Positions 24,625-38,139 of a DNA stretch of 64,000 bases are shown here, in pieces. The number at the start of each line of letters is the position of its first letter. Position 1 is the first letter of the stretch. The DNA lies in the NCBI GenBank assembly GCA_964016885.1, contig OZ024741.1, positions 75,578,001-75,642,000 on the forward strand. Reading direction: 5' to 3'. The position numbers and the translations under genes are program-made. The notes under the pieces are model-generated. The model was given only the letters and a program-made list of their open reading frames with translations. It was not told the origin of the DNA and did not search any database. This DNA comes from Eledone cirrhosa (Eukaryota).

Positions 24625-26081
24625 AAGCATAACTGTGTTTTGTTTAACTCTTTTATTACCCTATTTCTAATGAATAACACTGCCAATAATTTTCAAACCA
24701 TTTCAAAATAGTCAAGAATTTGACATTTTCTGTAATATAACTAACTTTCTCATTATTAATTAACCTATAAACATATTTTCATTAGACTATCCATATATAT
24801 ATTCTTTAAACAACCAAACTAATATATTTTTATTTAGCTATTAATATATTTATGTATAGTGGACATGTGGCAGTAAAACAATAAAACTTCAGCAGGAAAA
24901 CAGTTCTTAAAATGTCATTAATAAATATAAGTATATTAGTTATAAAATAAAAAGAATTAGCTTTATATTCTTTTACTGATTTATGTCAGTAGACTGTGGT
25001 CATGCTGGAGCACTACCTATAAGAGATTTAGTCCATATTATTGACCTGAGTACTTATTTTTACAAGCCTGGTATTTACTTTATAGATCTCTTTTTGTTGA
25101 ATCATTAGGATACAGGGCATAAACACAGACACTTATAAAAATACATATATGTAGGTAACACAGTAAAAACCTCCCAGTCCACACTGTAAAAGTGGTTGGT
25201 GTTAGGAAGGGCATCCAGCCATAGAAAACCTGCTAGACTGTCCCATACGAGTGAGACGACCAATCTTGCCTTAAGTAGAACAATTCCTGTCTAAACCCAT
25301 GCTAGCGTGGAAGATAGACGTTAAACGATGATGATGATGATGATGATGATGTACATTTATACATCAGGCTTCTGTAGGTTATATCTACCAAATTTAACTC
25401 AAAAGGCATTGACTAATCTAAGGCTATAGTAGAAGACACTTACCTGCAATGCCACATAATGGAAATAAACCCAAAACCATGTAGTTACAAATTGAACTAC
25501 ATAACTACACACCCACATGTGTTTATTTGATTCTGAGTATGTAAATCCCTGTGTGTGTGTGCATGTATTTGCTTAGAAGAGGAATGGGTGTGTGCATGAA
25601 CCTAATAATACTTTTTATTATTGCGCTCCATGTTTCTTTTCACTGTTTCTTTGTTGACCTTGTACTGTACATATTCATACATATCTCTATATATATATTG
25701 CAAGGTAAACAAAGAAGAGTGAAAACTCATGGCTTAATGATTAGAGTGTTCGGCTCACAATCATGAAGTTATGAGTTTGATTCTTTGTGGTGTGTTGTGT
25801 TCTTAAGCAAGACACTTTATTTCCCATGGCTCCAATCTGCTAAGCTAGAAAAAGAAAATGTATTGTACCTGTAATCTTCATGAAAACTACTTTAAGTTAC
25901 ACATGCCTGTGGAATGCTTAACTTTTTGCATGTAAATTTCATGAGCAGCAAGTTTCATTGATTGAAAGAAATAGAACATTCATCATCAGAAACAATGGCG
26001 GTAAAATAATTATATATATATATATAACATAGTTTGTTTTTAAATTGCCTTCTCCTCCATTCATTCTGCTTATATATATAC

Positions 26082-26186
<105 letters not shown>

Positions 26187-26284
26187 TCCTATTACCCACT
26201 CTACTACCCTAAGTATTGAGTACTTTGGTGCGTTATGGTCCACCTGGTTCCTTACCACATTTCCTTCGTTATATATATATATAT

Positions 26285-28525
26285 AGTTAAATAAAAATCA
26301 AATGATTAAAATTTAGCTTCGTTTATTACTGCTATATATATTTCAGTGACAGCCATCTTTGGCTGTGACCTCTTCAGGCAGTTTGAATTAGTATGGTATA
26401 GACAAGTACATATGTTGTTCAGGTGTATAATATTGTCAATACTCTGATATGCCCAGTTCCTTGTTGGGTTGTTAATTCACTGAGGAACTGGAGTCATATG
26501 AATTCAAACAAACGAATTTCAGTGTCAAAGGTCCCCTTCTCCTCTCATTGGTCAGTTATTAGAACATTCCTCATTCTAAGTCTTGTTATTGTTGGAGTTG
26601 GCTTAAAAATTGATAAAATGGTAGAAGGGACAAGGTGTTAAAGGAACAAAATAACAAAAAAAGTGTCAAACTTCCCATTGGTCAGTTCTGAGAGCATTCC
26701 TCAGTCAGAAGTCTATAGAATTCTTTCTGAGGTGAGGCTCCCTGTAGTGTTTTTGCCTGCTATTGTTCAGTACATTTGACCTCCACCATTATTTTGGTAC
26801 TGTTGTTGGTGTAGTGGTCAGCTTATATCTTGCTGCTGCTAACAATTTAGAAGTATCCAGTTTGTGTTTTTTCTTCATCCCTCCTGCCACCATCGTAGTG
26901 GTGGTGGTGGGGGGGGGGGTTCTTCCATGTATATGAAGAAATATAAGGCAATAAATGAAGAAAATAGAAAATAAATAAATAATATAATAAAATAATTAAT
27001 ATAATTTGTGTAATTTGAAAATAAATAAATAAATAGAGAATAAAGAATAAATGAGAGATTGGTGAAAAAGTAATGAAAATGAATATGGAGAAGTGAGAAA
27101 TAATGTAGGATAAAGTGTGTGTGTGTGCTATAACCAATCTCAAGGTCAGAATATGTTGGATAGATTGGTATGATACAAGATGTTAAGATGAGATATTCAA
27201 ACTAAATGTGTTTGTGTTATAATCCATCTCAACTTAAAATAAATATAAGGTGATACAGTGAAGAGGGCAGAAAACAAATAACAAATTAATAAAGAGAAAT
27301 CAAGATTTAAGAATGGAACTTGAAAGTCAGAAATCTGGTAAATTAAAAGTGTTTGTGTTATAGATGTTGGCCAAATTATTATGGCTGTGTCCGATTCTAT
27401 CTCTAGGCTATCATGGTGTCTGCTCCGCCTGGGTTGTTCCCTGTGGCTTGAGGGGAGTTCACAACCTAGGGTGTTGTTATTGCCCATATAGCTTGAGGGA
27501 GGTCTGGCCGAGAGGTGTTTTCATGTTCTGTAGAAGTCCCTATAGCTTGAGGGGAGTTCACATCTTCTTGTGTTGCTACTGTCCATATACCTTGAGAAAG
27601 GTCCCGGCTCTAAGGTGTCTGCATGTCCCGAAGAAGTCGGTTCTGAGGTTTATCAGGCTGCTTCCACCTCTTAGTATCTCGAGGGTCTCGTGCAGGCATA
27701 GTTTGCATATGCAAGATCCCCCTTTATCGGGTGGTACTTTCCTGATTATGTACCAGGCCAGAGAGTATGGGGTCCTGTCCAGCTTAAGCTTCCAGATCAG
27801 GTCGGAGAGAGCTGTGCTTTTCCTTTTGGCCTCTTTCTTGAATGAATGGCGATGGTTGTACCAGCGGTCCTTAAAACTCGTTGATGTGGCTCCTATGTAG
27901 AGGTGTTCGGAGTTGGGGGTTTTAACCCTACAACCGTACACTAGGTTCTTCTGAGACATTCATTACCAAGGGGGCATGATTCGGGGTTTCTGCAGTTGCA
28001 GAGGGTGGTCGGCCTCTGCGTGCCTAGATTAGGGTTCTCGTTATGTGTTACATGTTGGTCTTCCCCCATGCTCGGTGGGGGGTCCTCGGGTCTGTTTATG
28101 TTTCTTGGGTGGGCTCTGGGTCCCCCCTTCCCTCCTTTCACATGGTTCTGCTGAGTGTTTGTATTGCCATCTTCTGGTTGTGTGTGGTTTTTAAGCCTAC
28201 TTCTGTTGATGCTAGCTATGTGTTGGGCCAAATTTCTCGTGGTGGAATACGAAAGCTTCACAGTGTGTCTGTTGAAGATCCTGTGGTATCTGTGGTCCCT
28301 CGGGAAGCATTTGTCAAGTGCTCCAAAGAATAATTTGGCCAAGCTTTTCTTTAGGGCCACTGAGTAGGGTGGGTTGTACCACGTGATTTGTCGGTGTCTC
28401 CTCCTATATGTGTGGGTCAGGGGCTTCGTGATTTGTTGGAGATTTGTTGGGTTGCTGGTGGTTTCCGCACTGTTGCTTCCCCTTTGGGCTCTATGCTTTT
28501 TGTTATCCTCGCAGCCCGGATTTGT
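26285..28525 (-). mobile_element. Penelope-like element, 3' half
   Basis: ITWYNPPYS..CFPRDHRYHRIFNRHTVKLSYS..CNCRNPESCPL; frameshift to LVYGC..YIGATSTSFKDRWYNH..CKLCLHE. Confidence 0.92.
26328..26382 (-). ncRNA. Type I hammerhead at Penelope 3' end
   Basis: ACTGC-CTGAAGA-GGTCACAGCCA(AAGA)TGGCTGTCACT-GAAA-TATATA-TA-GCAGT. Confidence 0.85.
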
Positions 28526-29249
28526 GGGGTCCCTATCATTCCACTGCAAAGTGGTCGTGTAGGTGCCACGGAAAAAAACACCCAGCACTCACTGTAAATG
28601 AGGTTGGTGTTAGGAAGGGCATCCAGCTGTAGAAATCAAGCCAGAATCAGTTCCCGTCCCACCCTTGCAAGCAGGGAAAAGCGGACGTAAAATGATGATG
28701 ATAATGATAATAATAATATATATATAATAAGAACAAAGAAGAGGTGTTATATATGAGATTTATTGCTTAACCCAGTTACAAATGTTTCCCAGGAAACTGG
28801 TTCATGATCTGAAGTCATCATCCCAGACTAGACTTCAAGTCTGCCTGATCCTCAGATCAGTGTTAACACAACAAAAATCATATCAAATCTGAAGACAAAC
28901 CAGCCCGACACAAACAAGCCTATAGAATGACCAATCACAGGCCTAAAATCCAACGGACGCACATATCCCAAGCATTACAAGAAAATAACCATTATAAACA
29001 AAAACAAAAATAACACCAACAACAACAAAATATATGTGATCACACATACACACACATGTATAAAAAACCTACGCACGCACACACTCACCCTCCCACATGT
29101 AGAAATTGTACATGTACATACAAATACATACACACACACATACATACAAACATATCCTCACACACACACATACATACATACACACATACAAACACATACA
29201 TATAAATAAACACACATACATCATAAATACATACATCATAAAAAAATGC

Positions 29250-29590
29250 AAAAAATGCAAGAGTACATTGTGAGGGGGGTTCATACGGGAATTGAAGTAA
29301 CCCTTTAGGTCCAAAGGGTCAGCATCAGGTGTAATGTAGTCCGTGGCGGTGGTATGGTAAAAGTAGTATGCATGCCACCGCAATTGTTAGGTAAATGAGT
29401 CCGTGTACTGTAACATCCTACACAGGTAAGTGTCGCTATCTAGTATTGGCATGTCCTCAGAAGATGCGCAAGTACACCCCTCCATGGTACTCAGCTGTAA
29501 GTGTTCTACCTAGGGGGGACCATTATACGTACAAAAAGCTCAGTAAGTCCAAAGAAAACTGGTGAGAGTACCAATGTCAGCACTCGATGC
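29250..29590 (-). pseudogene. Penelope ORF N-terminal remnant
   Basis: DMPIL..YLCRML..TDSF..LRWHAYYF..FNSRMNPP resembles the PLE NIPIP..RMRWKA..FKS..PP region. Confidence 0.5.
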
Positions 29591-30060
29591 AGATATATAT
29601 ATATCACATAAGAAACAGAGAATTAGTGTTGCGACGAATAAAATTTATTAGACATATTACAATCGTTTCTCTGTCGACCAGCTCGAGGCATGATCGATGT
29701 AATGATCAAACCTGACTCTGAAATCGCAAGGTCCTCAGATACGTCTCGATTCTACAAAGCAGAGTTTCCAAATGTCCAGTTACACCCGCAGTGTAACTGG
29801 ACATTTGGAAACTCTGCTTTGTAGAATCAAGATGTATCTGAGGACCTTGCGATTTTTCCCCCCATATTGTTATTATTCTTATTAATATACAATTTAATTG
29901 CATTATTCACTTCTGTCATTGAAAAAGTGTATAAGCTGAAACTGGTACAATTAATGCGGAAAACCCTATTTTGTAAATAAATGTGTTGATGTTATTCTGA
30001 GCGAAAATCCCTTTAGCATGTTCTACTGTTTTTTTTTTCTTTTTTACTATTTTTTATATA

Positions 30061-30942
30061 CGTGGTGTGTCAGAAAAGTTCCAAGACTGATGTCACAAAA
30101 GATTTATTTCAAACCCAAACTTCACGCTAAGAGTTTTCTCTTTCAAAGTAATCCCCCTGGAGTATGTAACTGTAATCTTAGCTCTCTGCAGTGATCAAAC
30201 TTTTTTCTTCATAATTTTATATACATGTCCTCTGTTTCAGGTCGTCAAGCAATGAGCACAGAGCAACGAACATACTTGAAGTTTCTGGTACGGGAAAACT
30301 CCGTCAGAAGCACTGGGATTGTTGCAACAAGTGTATGGAGATGAGACGATGTCACACTCACGTGTTTTTGAGTGGTGCAAGATGACCCCAGGAGCGGAAG
30401 GCCCTCAACAACCAGGACTGAGGTCAACGTTGAGCGCGTCAGGCAGATGGTGCATAGCGATCATCGGCTGACGGTTCGACTGATGGCAAATGAGCTGGGC
30501 ATGAATTGGGACAGCATCTGGAAGATTCTCACTGAAGATTTGGACATGCGGAAAGTCTGCGCAAAGATGGTGCCAAAACTGCTGAATGATGACCAGAATG
30601 GTCAATGCATGCAAACGTGCCAGGACATCCTCGAGCGTCTTGAAACCGACCCAGACTTGCTAGGGACAGTCATCACCGGTGATGAGTCATGGATCTTCGA
30701 GTACGACCTGGAGGGGGACCCATTTTGAAGACATGGATGACATCAAAAAGGCCGTGATGACAGAACTGCAGAGGATCCCGGAAGAATCCTTCCAGGAGTG
30801 CATGCAAGTGTGGCAGAAAAGGATGGAAAAGTGCATTAGATTCCAGGGGGATTACTTTGAAGGAGAACACTCTTAATGTGAAGTTTGAGTTTGAAATAAA
30901 TCTTTTGTTCCATCAGTCCTGGAACTTTTCTGACACACCTCG
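30061..30942 (+). mobile_element. Mariner transposon with internal deletion
   Basis: ~65-bp imperfect TIRs, TA both sides; DDPRSGRP, VPKLL, ITGDESW joined directly to C-terminal EKCIRFQGDYFE; most of the DDD domain missing. Confidence 0.95.
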
Positions 30943-31559
30943 TATATCAACTTGTGTGTCACTTCTCTACATTATATATGTATGTATGTATAATATGCTA
31001 GTTTTGTTTCTCAATTGATATATCTTCATATATCGTTTAAAAATATATTATATTATATATCATCATCATCATTACCACCGTTTAACGTACATTTTTCCAC
31101 ACTGGCATGGGATACTGAGTTATCCTATTGTGAGCAATACTAGGTCAGGTCATGTTGTGAGCAATACTAGGTCAGGTGACCATATCATGTTCATACAGAA
31201 CTGGCTTGATTTCTACAGCTGGATGCTCTTGCAAGTGCCAACCTCATTTACAGTGAGTACTGGCTTCTTTTTGTCATGACAACTACACAACCACTGTACA
31301 GTGTGGACTATGTGCTTTTTGCCATGACATATATGTGTATGTGTTATGTTCAGATCTAGTGATCTTGTTAAGCCATAAAGAGAGGCAGAACTTGATATTA
31401 ATAATAGAGTATATATAATTTTATTTATTCAGTTTCTTCTAAAGAAGCTTAGTAAACTACTAACTTGCTTTGTTCAAACATCATAGTTATGTATAAGAAA
31501 GTTATTTGTCTCTAATATGGTTAGACATCTCAATGAAAAGATATATATAAAATCAGAGA

Positions 31560-31815
31560 AGCATTTAAACATGTATAAACTTAAGCCAAAATCTTGATTA
31601 GCAGTGTATAAGTTAAAGAAACTAAAATAGATGAGTTTCACTCATATAATATCCCCAACTACAGTTTCTGGGATTAAGAAACTATACTAATTTCCTGAAT
31701 AAATTCAGACAACTGGTTGGGAATATTATATGAGTGGAACTGACTTATTTTAGTTTGTCTAATTTATAGCTAATTTATAGCCCAGTTTAGATGTTGGCTT
31801 AAGTTATATATGTTT
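31560..31815. repeat. Imperfect ~250-bp foldback
   Basis: AACTTAAGCCAA..AAACTAAAATA..CACTCATATAATAT pairs with ATATTATATGAGTG..TATTTTAGTTT..TTGGCTTAAGTT. Confidence 0.6.
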
Positions 31816-31866
31816 ATATATATATATATATATATGTGTGTGTATGTATATATATATATATATATA

Positions 31867-32311
31867 TGTAACGAAGGGTATTAGTAGTGGTCGTTAGATG
31901 AAATAACAAGAATAGCTGGTTTACTTCACTTCACTTCATAAATTCACAAAGAACAGGTTATAAAGAGTTACAATGGTTGAAAGTGTTTTTGGTGTTGCCT
32001 CATGATGCTGGTGTAGTCTGAGACCAGGAGAGAGAGAGTAATGGTCTGTGGTTGTCTGTAGACCTCAGCGGCCTGTAGGTAGCAGTGAATGTTTTACATA
32101 GCTATTCTCTAGCTTACTGCTCCGATCTCTCTGCTTAGAAGTGGGGTGATACAGGCTTTTTATACCTGTCGTTTTCTGTTTCCCACCTCGAGAAATCGCC
32201 CACGCATGAACTCGTTTACGCATGAACTTGTTTACGCCGAAAAGGATGGTGACCTAGAATTTGACCTTTAGGTGTCACCCAGGGTTCAAGGCGTGGACAG
32301 ATTTTGCTACA
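31867..32311 (-). mobile_element. Probable solo LTR in a (TA)n tract
   Basis: TGTAAC..GCTACA termini, 445 bp, minus-strand GTATAAAAG near 32160, no ORF. Confidence 0.55.
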
Positions 32312-32400
32312 CACATATATATATATATATATATAACGGTGATGAAGAAGGACAGAGTCTGCTGGAAAGAACTCATCCATGGATCCAGGAATTTTACCCA

Positions 32401-32436
<36 letters not shown>

Positions 32437-32523
32437 AGGGAATGTAACTGTAGGTTCACCCGGGTGAGCACTCGATGTTTAGGTTCACTTCAGTGTTGAG
32501 GTGTAGAGCTAGACAGAGTGTAT

Positions 32524-32717
32524 TATAGTGAAATAAAATAACAAGGACGATTGGTTACTCCATTACGTTTATTGGTTGCTGACGCGCGTTTCTCCACAGA
32601 GTCGGGATAGATCGATACAGATTGAACCTTCAGCTGATCAGTGGCAAAATGCGTATCACCAACCAATAAACGTAATGAAGGAGTAACCAATCGTCCTTGT
32701 TATTTTATTTCACTATA
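32524..32717. repeat. Foldback with ~55-bp arms, probable inverted pLTR remnant
   Basis: Arm TATAGTGAAATAAAATAACAAGGACGATTGGTTACTCC and its complement; minus strand has GAAA-CGCGCG-TC. Confidence 0.6.
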
Positions 32718-33772
32718 TATATATATATATTTATATATACCCAAGGTGGCATTCAGTGAGAGTGAACCTAATACCACACAGTTACAAATTGAACACCTTA
32801 ACCACACCACCATACCTGCACCTACATATTTTTTAAACAAACCAATATATTTTTATTTAGCCATCAATATATTTACATCTATTCAGATGTTGACTTTCAT
32901 TGGCAGTAAAAAATAAACTATAGATGGGAGAAAAGTTTTTTAAATGTTATTAATGAATGTAATTATAGTGACGAGGAGAAATGAAATCAATAAAACCAAA
33001 GTTATATGAAGAAAAAGACTGGGAAAAAGTCCCCCTAAATCAGTTCACTTAAGTGGAACACTAACTAAATGTGCTGTGTTCGATCTCTGTTGGCTTAGAT
33101 TGATAAATAGACTGCTATATATAAAATCGATGAATAGCAAATTGATTTTATTCACCTGTCGCTTATTTGTGGTTTAGTGACTGATGGTGTAGTAGTATGA
33201 ACCAGTATAATATAGGGGAGGGGCATGAGAGAGAGAGATGGGAAGGAGATCAAGAACAGAGAGAGCAGGCAGGTGAGATGAAGAGAGAGGGGGAAAAGAG
33301 GGTGAGAGAAAAGAGAGGAGGTGAGAGGGAGAAGAAGGAAGCAGATGGGTAGAGAGAGAAGAAAGGAAATAGAGATGGAGAGGAAGCAGGAGGCAGAAAT
33401 AGAGAGGGAGATGGTAAAGTTATAGAGAAAAGAGGAGGTTGAGATAAAGAGGGAAAAGATGATAGATAGCTATAGAGAGAAAGAGAAACCAGAGTGGAAG
33501 AGATAATGGTGTGCTTTAGTTATAAATAATTATGGCACTTTACAATTAATTATTCAGGTCGAATTTAAAAACATATCACTTATATAATTATTTTACTGGT
33601 TTCAATCCTTAGTGTTAGGTCAGGCAAGAGTACTAAAATCATAGGTTTTTTGCAATCAATCATAGCAAATCTAGTACTTATGATAATCATTATTTCCTGA
33701 TCTCTATTTATCAAAGTGCTAAGTTACAAAACATAAAGGGTCACAACATAAACACAGACACAAAACATCTCC

Positions 33773-33844
<72 letters not shown>

Positions 33845-35065
33845 GGGGGGGGGCAAAGAAACAAGGAAGGCTACAAATCGAGGCAGTACTCAATGCATTA
33901 TGAGTTACAGAGTGAGTTTAGTGAAGAGTTCCTATGGTAAACCCAATCATTTCAACTAGTAACTTTTGGCTGGGCTTAACATTGGGATACTATCTCTTCA
34001 ATATATATACCATCATCATCATCATCATCATCATCATCATTATTTAACATTCATTTATCGATACTGGTCTGGGTTGGGTAGATCATCACAGTCAAAGTCA
34101 GTACTTAATCAGAGCTAATCTCCCCCCCAAACAAACTGGGGCCTATGTCTCATATATATGTTCAGGTTTTGACATTGTTTATACAGTTGGATGCCCTTTC
34201 TATCACCAGCCACTTTACAGATTGTAATGGTCGCATCTTTTTGAGGTGCCAGCCAGCAGTAGTGAGCTTGTCATGTCCATGACATGGCTGAAGAGCCCTG
34301 GCATGGTTTCTACAGCTGGATGCCTTTCTTTACCATCAACTACTTTACAGATTGTAAGAGTGCACTGGGTGCATTTTACCATGGTGCTGGCACTAGGTAG
34401 ATTATCAGTTGTTGACTTGACTGAAGTGACTTAACAGAGTGATGTGAGAGAGAAAACGTGTGGGAGTAATGTAGGATAGAGTAGAGTGGTACTGTGATGA
34501 TGGAGGGGTTAGTTACTAAAGAGTGATAATGGTGGGGTTAGGTATGGCTGGGTAATCTAATCCACTTCCCTTGAACTGCTACTCTATTTATTAATGGGAT
34601 TTGAACTCAGAGCACAGAGAATCAGAGTAAACAATAATAGTTGTTTCTATTTAGGCACAAAGCTAGCAATTTTAGGGGAAAAGAATTAATTGATTACATC
34701 AACCCCAGTACTTGACTGGTACTTTATTTTATCAACCCAGAAATGATGGAAGGTAAAGTTGACTTCAGCAGGTATTTGAACTCAGAGTGAAGAAAACTGG
34801 AACATATACAGCTTGTAATTTTCATTTGTTGCTCAAACAATTCTGTTGATTCACTGCCTATTATTAAATATATAAAATTTACAATGTTCCAGATATCTGA
34901 TTGGCTGTATATTCCAATGGATATAACAGGCGGAAATACATGGAAATATATTAGTGAACCTTACCAAGAATATTCTAGAATGTCTGCAAGAATAGATTTA
35001 ATATTTTCTGCTTCAGTTGTTTCAAATTGAATTTTACGTTTGTCATTAATTTAATTTCTTGTTTG

Positions 35066-35101
<36 letters not shown>

Positions 35102-36022
35102 CAACCACTATCACCATTGTCATCATCATCTTCACAATCCTTTTCGTCATCATCATCATGATCAAAACTATGGTTGTTGCCTTCATTATCATCATAATGA
35201 CTATCACCATCATCATCATTATGGTCATCATCAACATTGTTGTCATTCGCAGCAGCAGCAGCATCATAGTCATCCTAACAGCATCATTATCAATATAACT
35301 TTTATCATTTTTTTTGTCATCATTGTTGTTGTCATCATCAACATCATCATGATCATCACCGTTTATGGCTATTTTGCCATGCTTACATGGGTTAGACAGG
35401 TTGTCACATTATGAGACAACTATGTCTTGCTCGTATGGATCTGTATTTTGTCTAAGGTTCGATGGCTTGATGCCCTTCCCAACATCAACCACATTACAGT
35501 GTGGACTGGGTACTTTTTATCTTGGCACCAAAAAGACAATCCAACAGGGTGGACTGGGTTCTTTTTCATGCCAACATGTCTTACAAACATGATAAATTGG
35601 GAGCTTTGTTGTTGTCTTTTTTTCCGTGGTTTGGAAGGAGAGGTGTATCAGTGGTGAGGAGTGAGAGTTGGTGGGGGGAACATGTCCACAAGTTCAACAT
35701 GAGTGAGGTGTGTGGATTATTTAGCTGGTGGGGAGATAGGAAGTATTAAAACTGGGGAGGGGTAAAGAGCAGAAGATTGATGCAGACTAGTGTCTACTAC
35801 ATGTTTGTTTCATCCTGTGCACATGGAAGGATGGGTCTTCTGCTGTACTGCACAATGCCAGATATGGAATCAGGTATCATTAAAAGATTAACGTAACTGA
35901 TAAGGAAAAAAATAGAAGAAACCTTACGAGTAATAAGAAGTTTTCTGAAATCAACTCTAAATTCAATTTCAAATAACAAGATTACTTTGAAGTGCTTTAA
36001 CTTTGGATTTTACTTATTTTAT

Positions 36023-36205
36023 TTGGCAGTATCGGTAGAGAGTCGGACACCATGCTTTGAAGCATAGAGTTACGTCCTTTTATGATCTGAGTTCAAATCC
36101 CGCCGAGGTTAACTTTGCCTTTCATCCTTACGGGGTCGATAAAATAAAGTACCAGTAATGTACTGGGTAATTGCTGGCCTTGTGCCTAAAATAGAAACAA
36201 TTATT
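36023..36205 (+). mobile_element. SINE family A
   Basis: A box, B box, core and tail present. Confidence 0.88.
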
Positions 36206-36710
36206 TTAGATAAGTGGGCTAGATCATCAGCATACAGGAGTTCCCATGAAATAAAACACTTAAACTCTTCTGGTATGGCATGGAGAACAATAATAAAACT
36301 GAATTGGAATGAGGACTGATCCCTGGTGCATGCCCATCTGCAATTCAAATTTATCACTGTACTCATTGGCAACTAACAACTTATCTACACCTATCTTCCT
36401 TAGTGCCTACTAATTACAACTTATGGGATCCTGTCAAAGGTCTTCTCTTTCTTAATCCACAAGTGCATGGCACAGAAGTTTACTCTCAGCTAATTACTTT
36501 TCCTGCAACTGACTCACAAGGAAGAAGGCATTGGGAATCCTCCTACCTGGTATAAAGCCAAACTTCATCTCACCTAGCTTGATTCTGTCCCTAATTAGTT
36601 AGACCTATAACCCTCTAAATAATTTTCATGACCTGGTTCATAAACTTGTTGCCTCTAGTGATGCCCCCTTTGCCCTTGGAGCAGTTTATAATAATACTTC
36701 TAGAAACAAC
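36206..36710 (-). pseudogene. Degenerate RTE RT fragment
   Basis: FIIVLHAI..WELLYADDLA. Confidence 0.7.
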
Positions 36711-36898
36711 AAACAAAATTATTTGAGCAATGAAATGAGATGAGAGTCCCTGGAACATCTGGTAACAATGGGAAAAATAGTAAAAGAAAAAAAGACAAGG
36801 ATTGATGGACTAACATCTTGGCTAGTAGCAAAGAAGTCAACAACCACAATCTAAATGACTGGAGGTCATACAAGATAGAGAGACATAATCATCTTTGC

Positions 36899-37083
36899 CA
36901 GGGTTTCCTAAACTTTTTCAAATGTGGAGCCCTTTATGGTTCAGAAACTATTGGGGGTACCCCAAAGTCTAATACTGTTATATGGTCATAATATAGATAT
37001 ACTCCTCTAACTTTTTTCACAGAACCCCAGACACTCCTTTGTGGAATCCAAGGGTTCCACAGAACCCATTTTGGGAAACACTG
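36899..37083. mobile_element. hAT-type MITE
   Basis: TIRs CAGGGTTTCCTAAA / TTTGGGAAACACTG; imperfect 8-bp TSD ATCTTTGC / ACCTATGC. Confidence 0.7.
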
Positions 37084-37921
37084 ACCTATGCTGAATGGCA
37101 TGGCACGGCACCTGATTGATTAATTGGCTGTGGCATACAACAAATACATTTTCATCTGAAAATAACTTCATGAGTAGCGACAAGAAATTATATTTTGATA
37201 CCAAATCACCCCTGCTTCTATAATACAGCCATTTGTTTTAAATTATTTATATTTCTTTTAAAACTTTCCATCAATTAGTTATGTTATTAAATTCCTCCAA
37301 GTTATTGATTATTTTCAAAATTAATCGAAACACATAGGCAGAGCTGAATTTATCGGGGGACTGGGGTGGAGATGAATGCCCAGACCCCCCCCCCCCCCAC
37401 ACACACACACACACACACACCTCATAAAAATGGGGTGCCTTCTTCAAACAGGGCCTCCACTTCAAACAGTGCTCTTGCTATTTTTTAAGAATGGAGCCCT
37501 AACCATGAATATAATTTTATCTTTTAGAGAGTATGTTTTTAAAAATGTACTTCATCTTGCCTTTTTTGCCAATATAACAATTTTTTTTTTTACTTTAGTG
37601 ACACTAGTTGGAAAATGTAGAGAGAACTTCTGTACACGGTGTATATGTATACATGTGTATGAGTGTATGTGTGGGTTTGTATAGTTTATCAATGATGGTG
37701 CTTGATGTGTATATACATATATCTAGGTGTGTATGTATGTGATTATAGGCTTGTGTATCTGTATGAACACAATGACTGTTCATTTGCTACCCACATTGTT
37801 TGACCTCATCACCTTGATGTATTTGAAGAAATTCAAATCTTTTCCTCTCTATTCTCTCTCTCCCTCTCTCTGACTGTCTCTCGCTCCCTTTTTCTCCCTG
37901 CTTATGTATATATATATATAT

Positions 37922-38076
37922 ATATTTCGTTTCTGAATTTGTTTAGCAAGATTCTTTATCTGAAATCGTGTGTTGAAACCGATATTGTTATACTTTGGGA
38001 GGGTCATGTTGCCAATAAGAAACACATGCACCTGGTGCGTGTGTTTCTTATTGGCAACATGACCCTCCCAAAGTAT

Positions 38077-38083
<7 letters not shown>
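37922..38083. mobile_element. Miniature Penelope-terminus insertion with ~100-bp palindrome
   Basis: 37922-38030 matches 2113-2223; 37982-38083 is a near-perfect palindrome; TA flanks. Confidence 0.85.
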
Positions 38084-38138
<55 letters not shown>

Positions 38139-38139
38139 T

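Noticed and set aside
28765-29710. Partial hammerhead motifs (minus GAAA-CATTTG-TA ~28775, GAAA-CGATTG-TA ~29660; also ~6650 and CTGATGA at 4941-4947)
   Set aside because: Core or partner half missing; at best dead remnants.
33225-33505. Purine-rich tract as a regulatory or triplex element
   Set aside because: Ordinary degenerate (GA)n low-complexity DNA.
35790-35890. Possible small host exon ending CAG|GTATCA
   Set aside because: No clear acceptor or recognisable peptide; needs RNA-seq.
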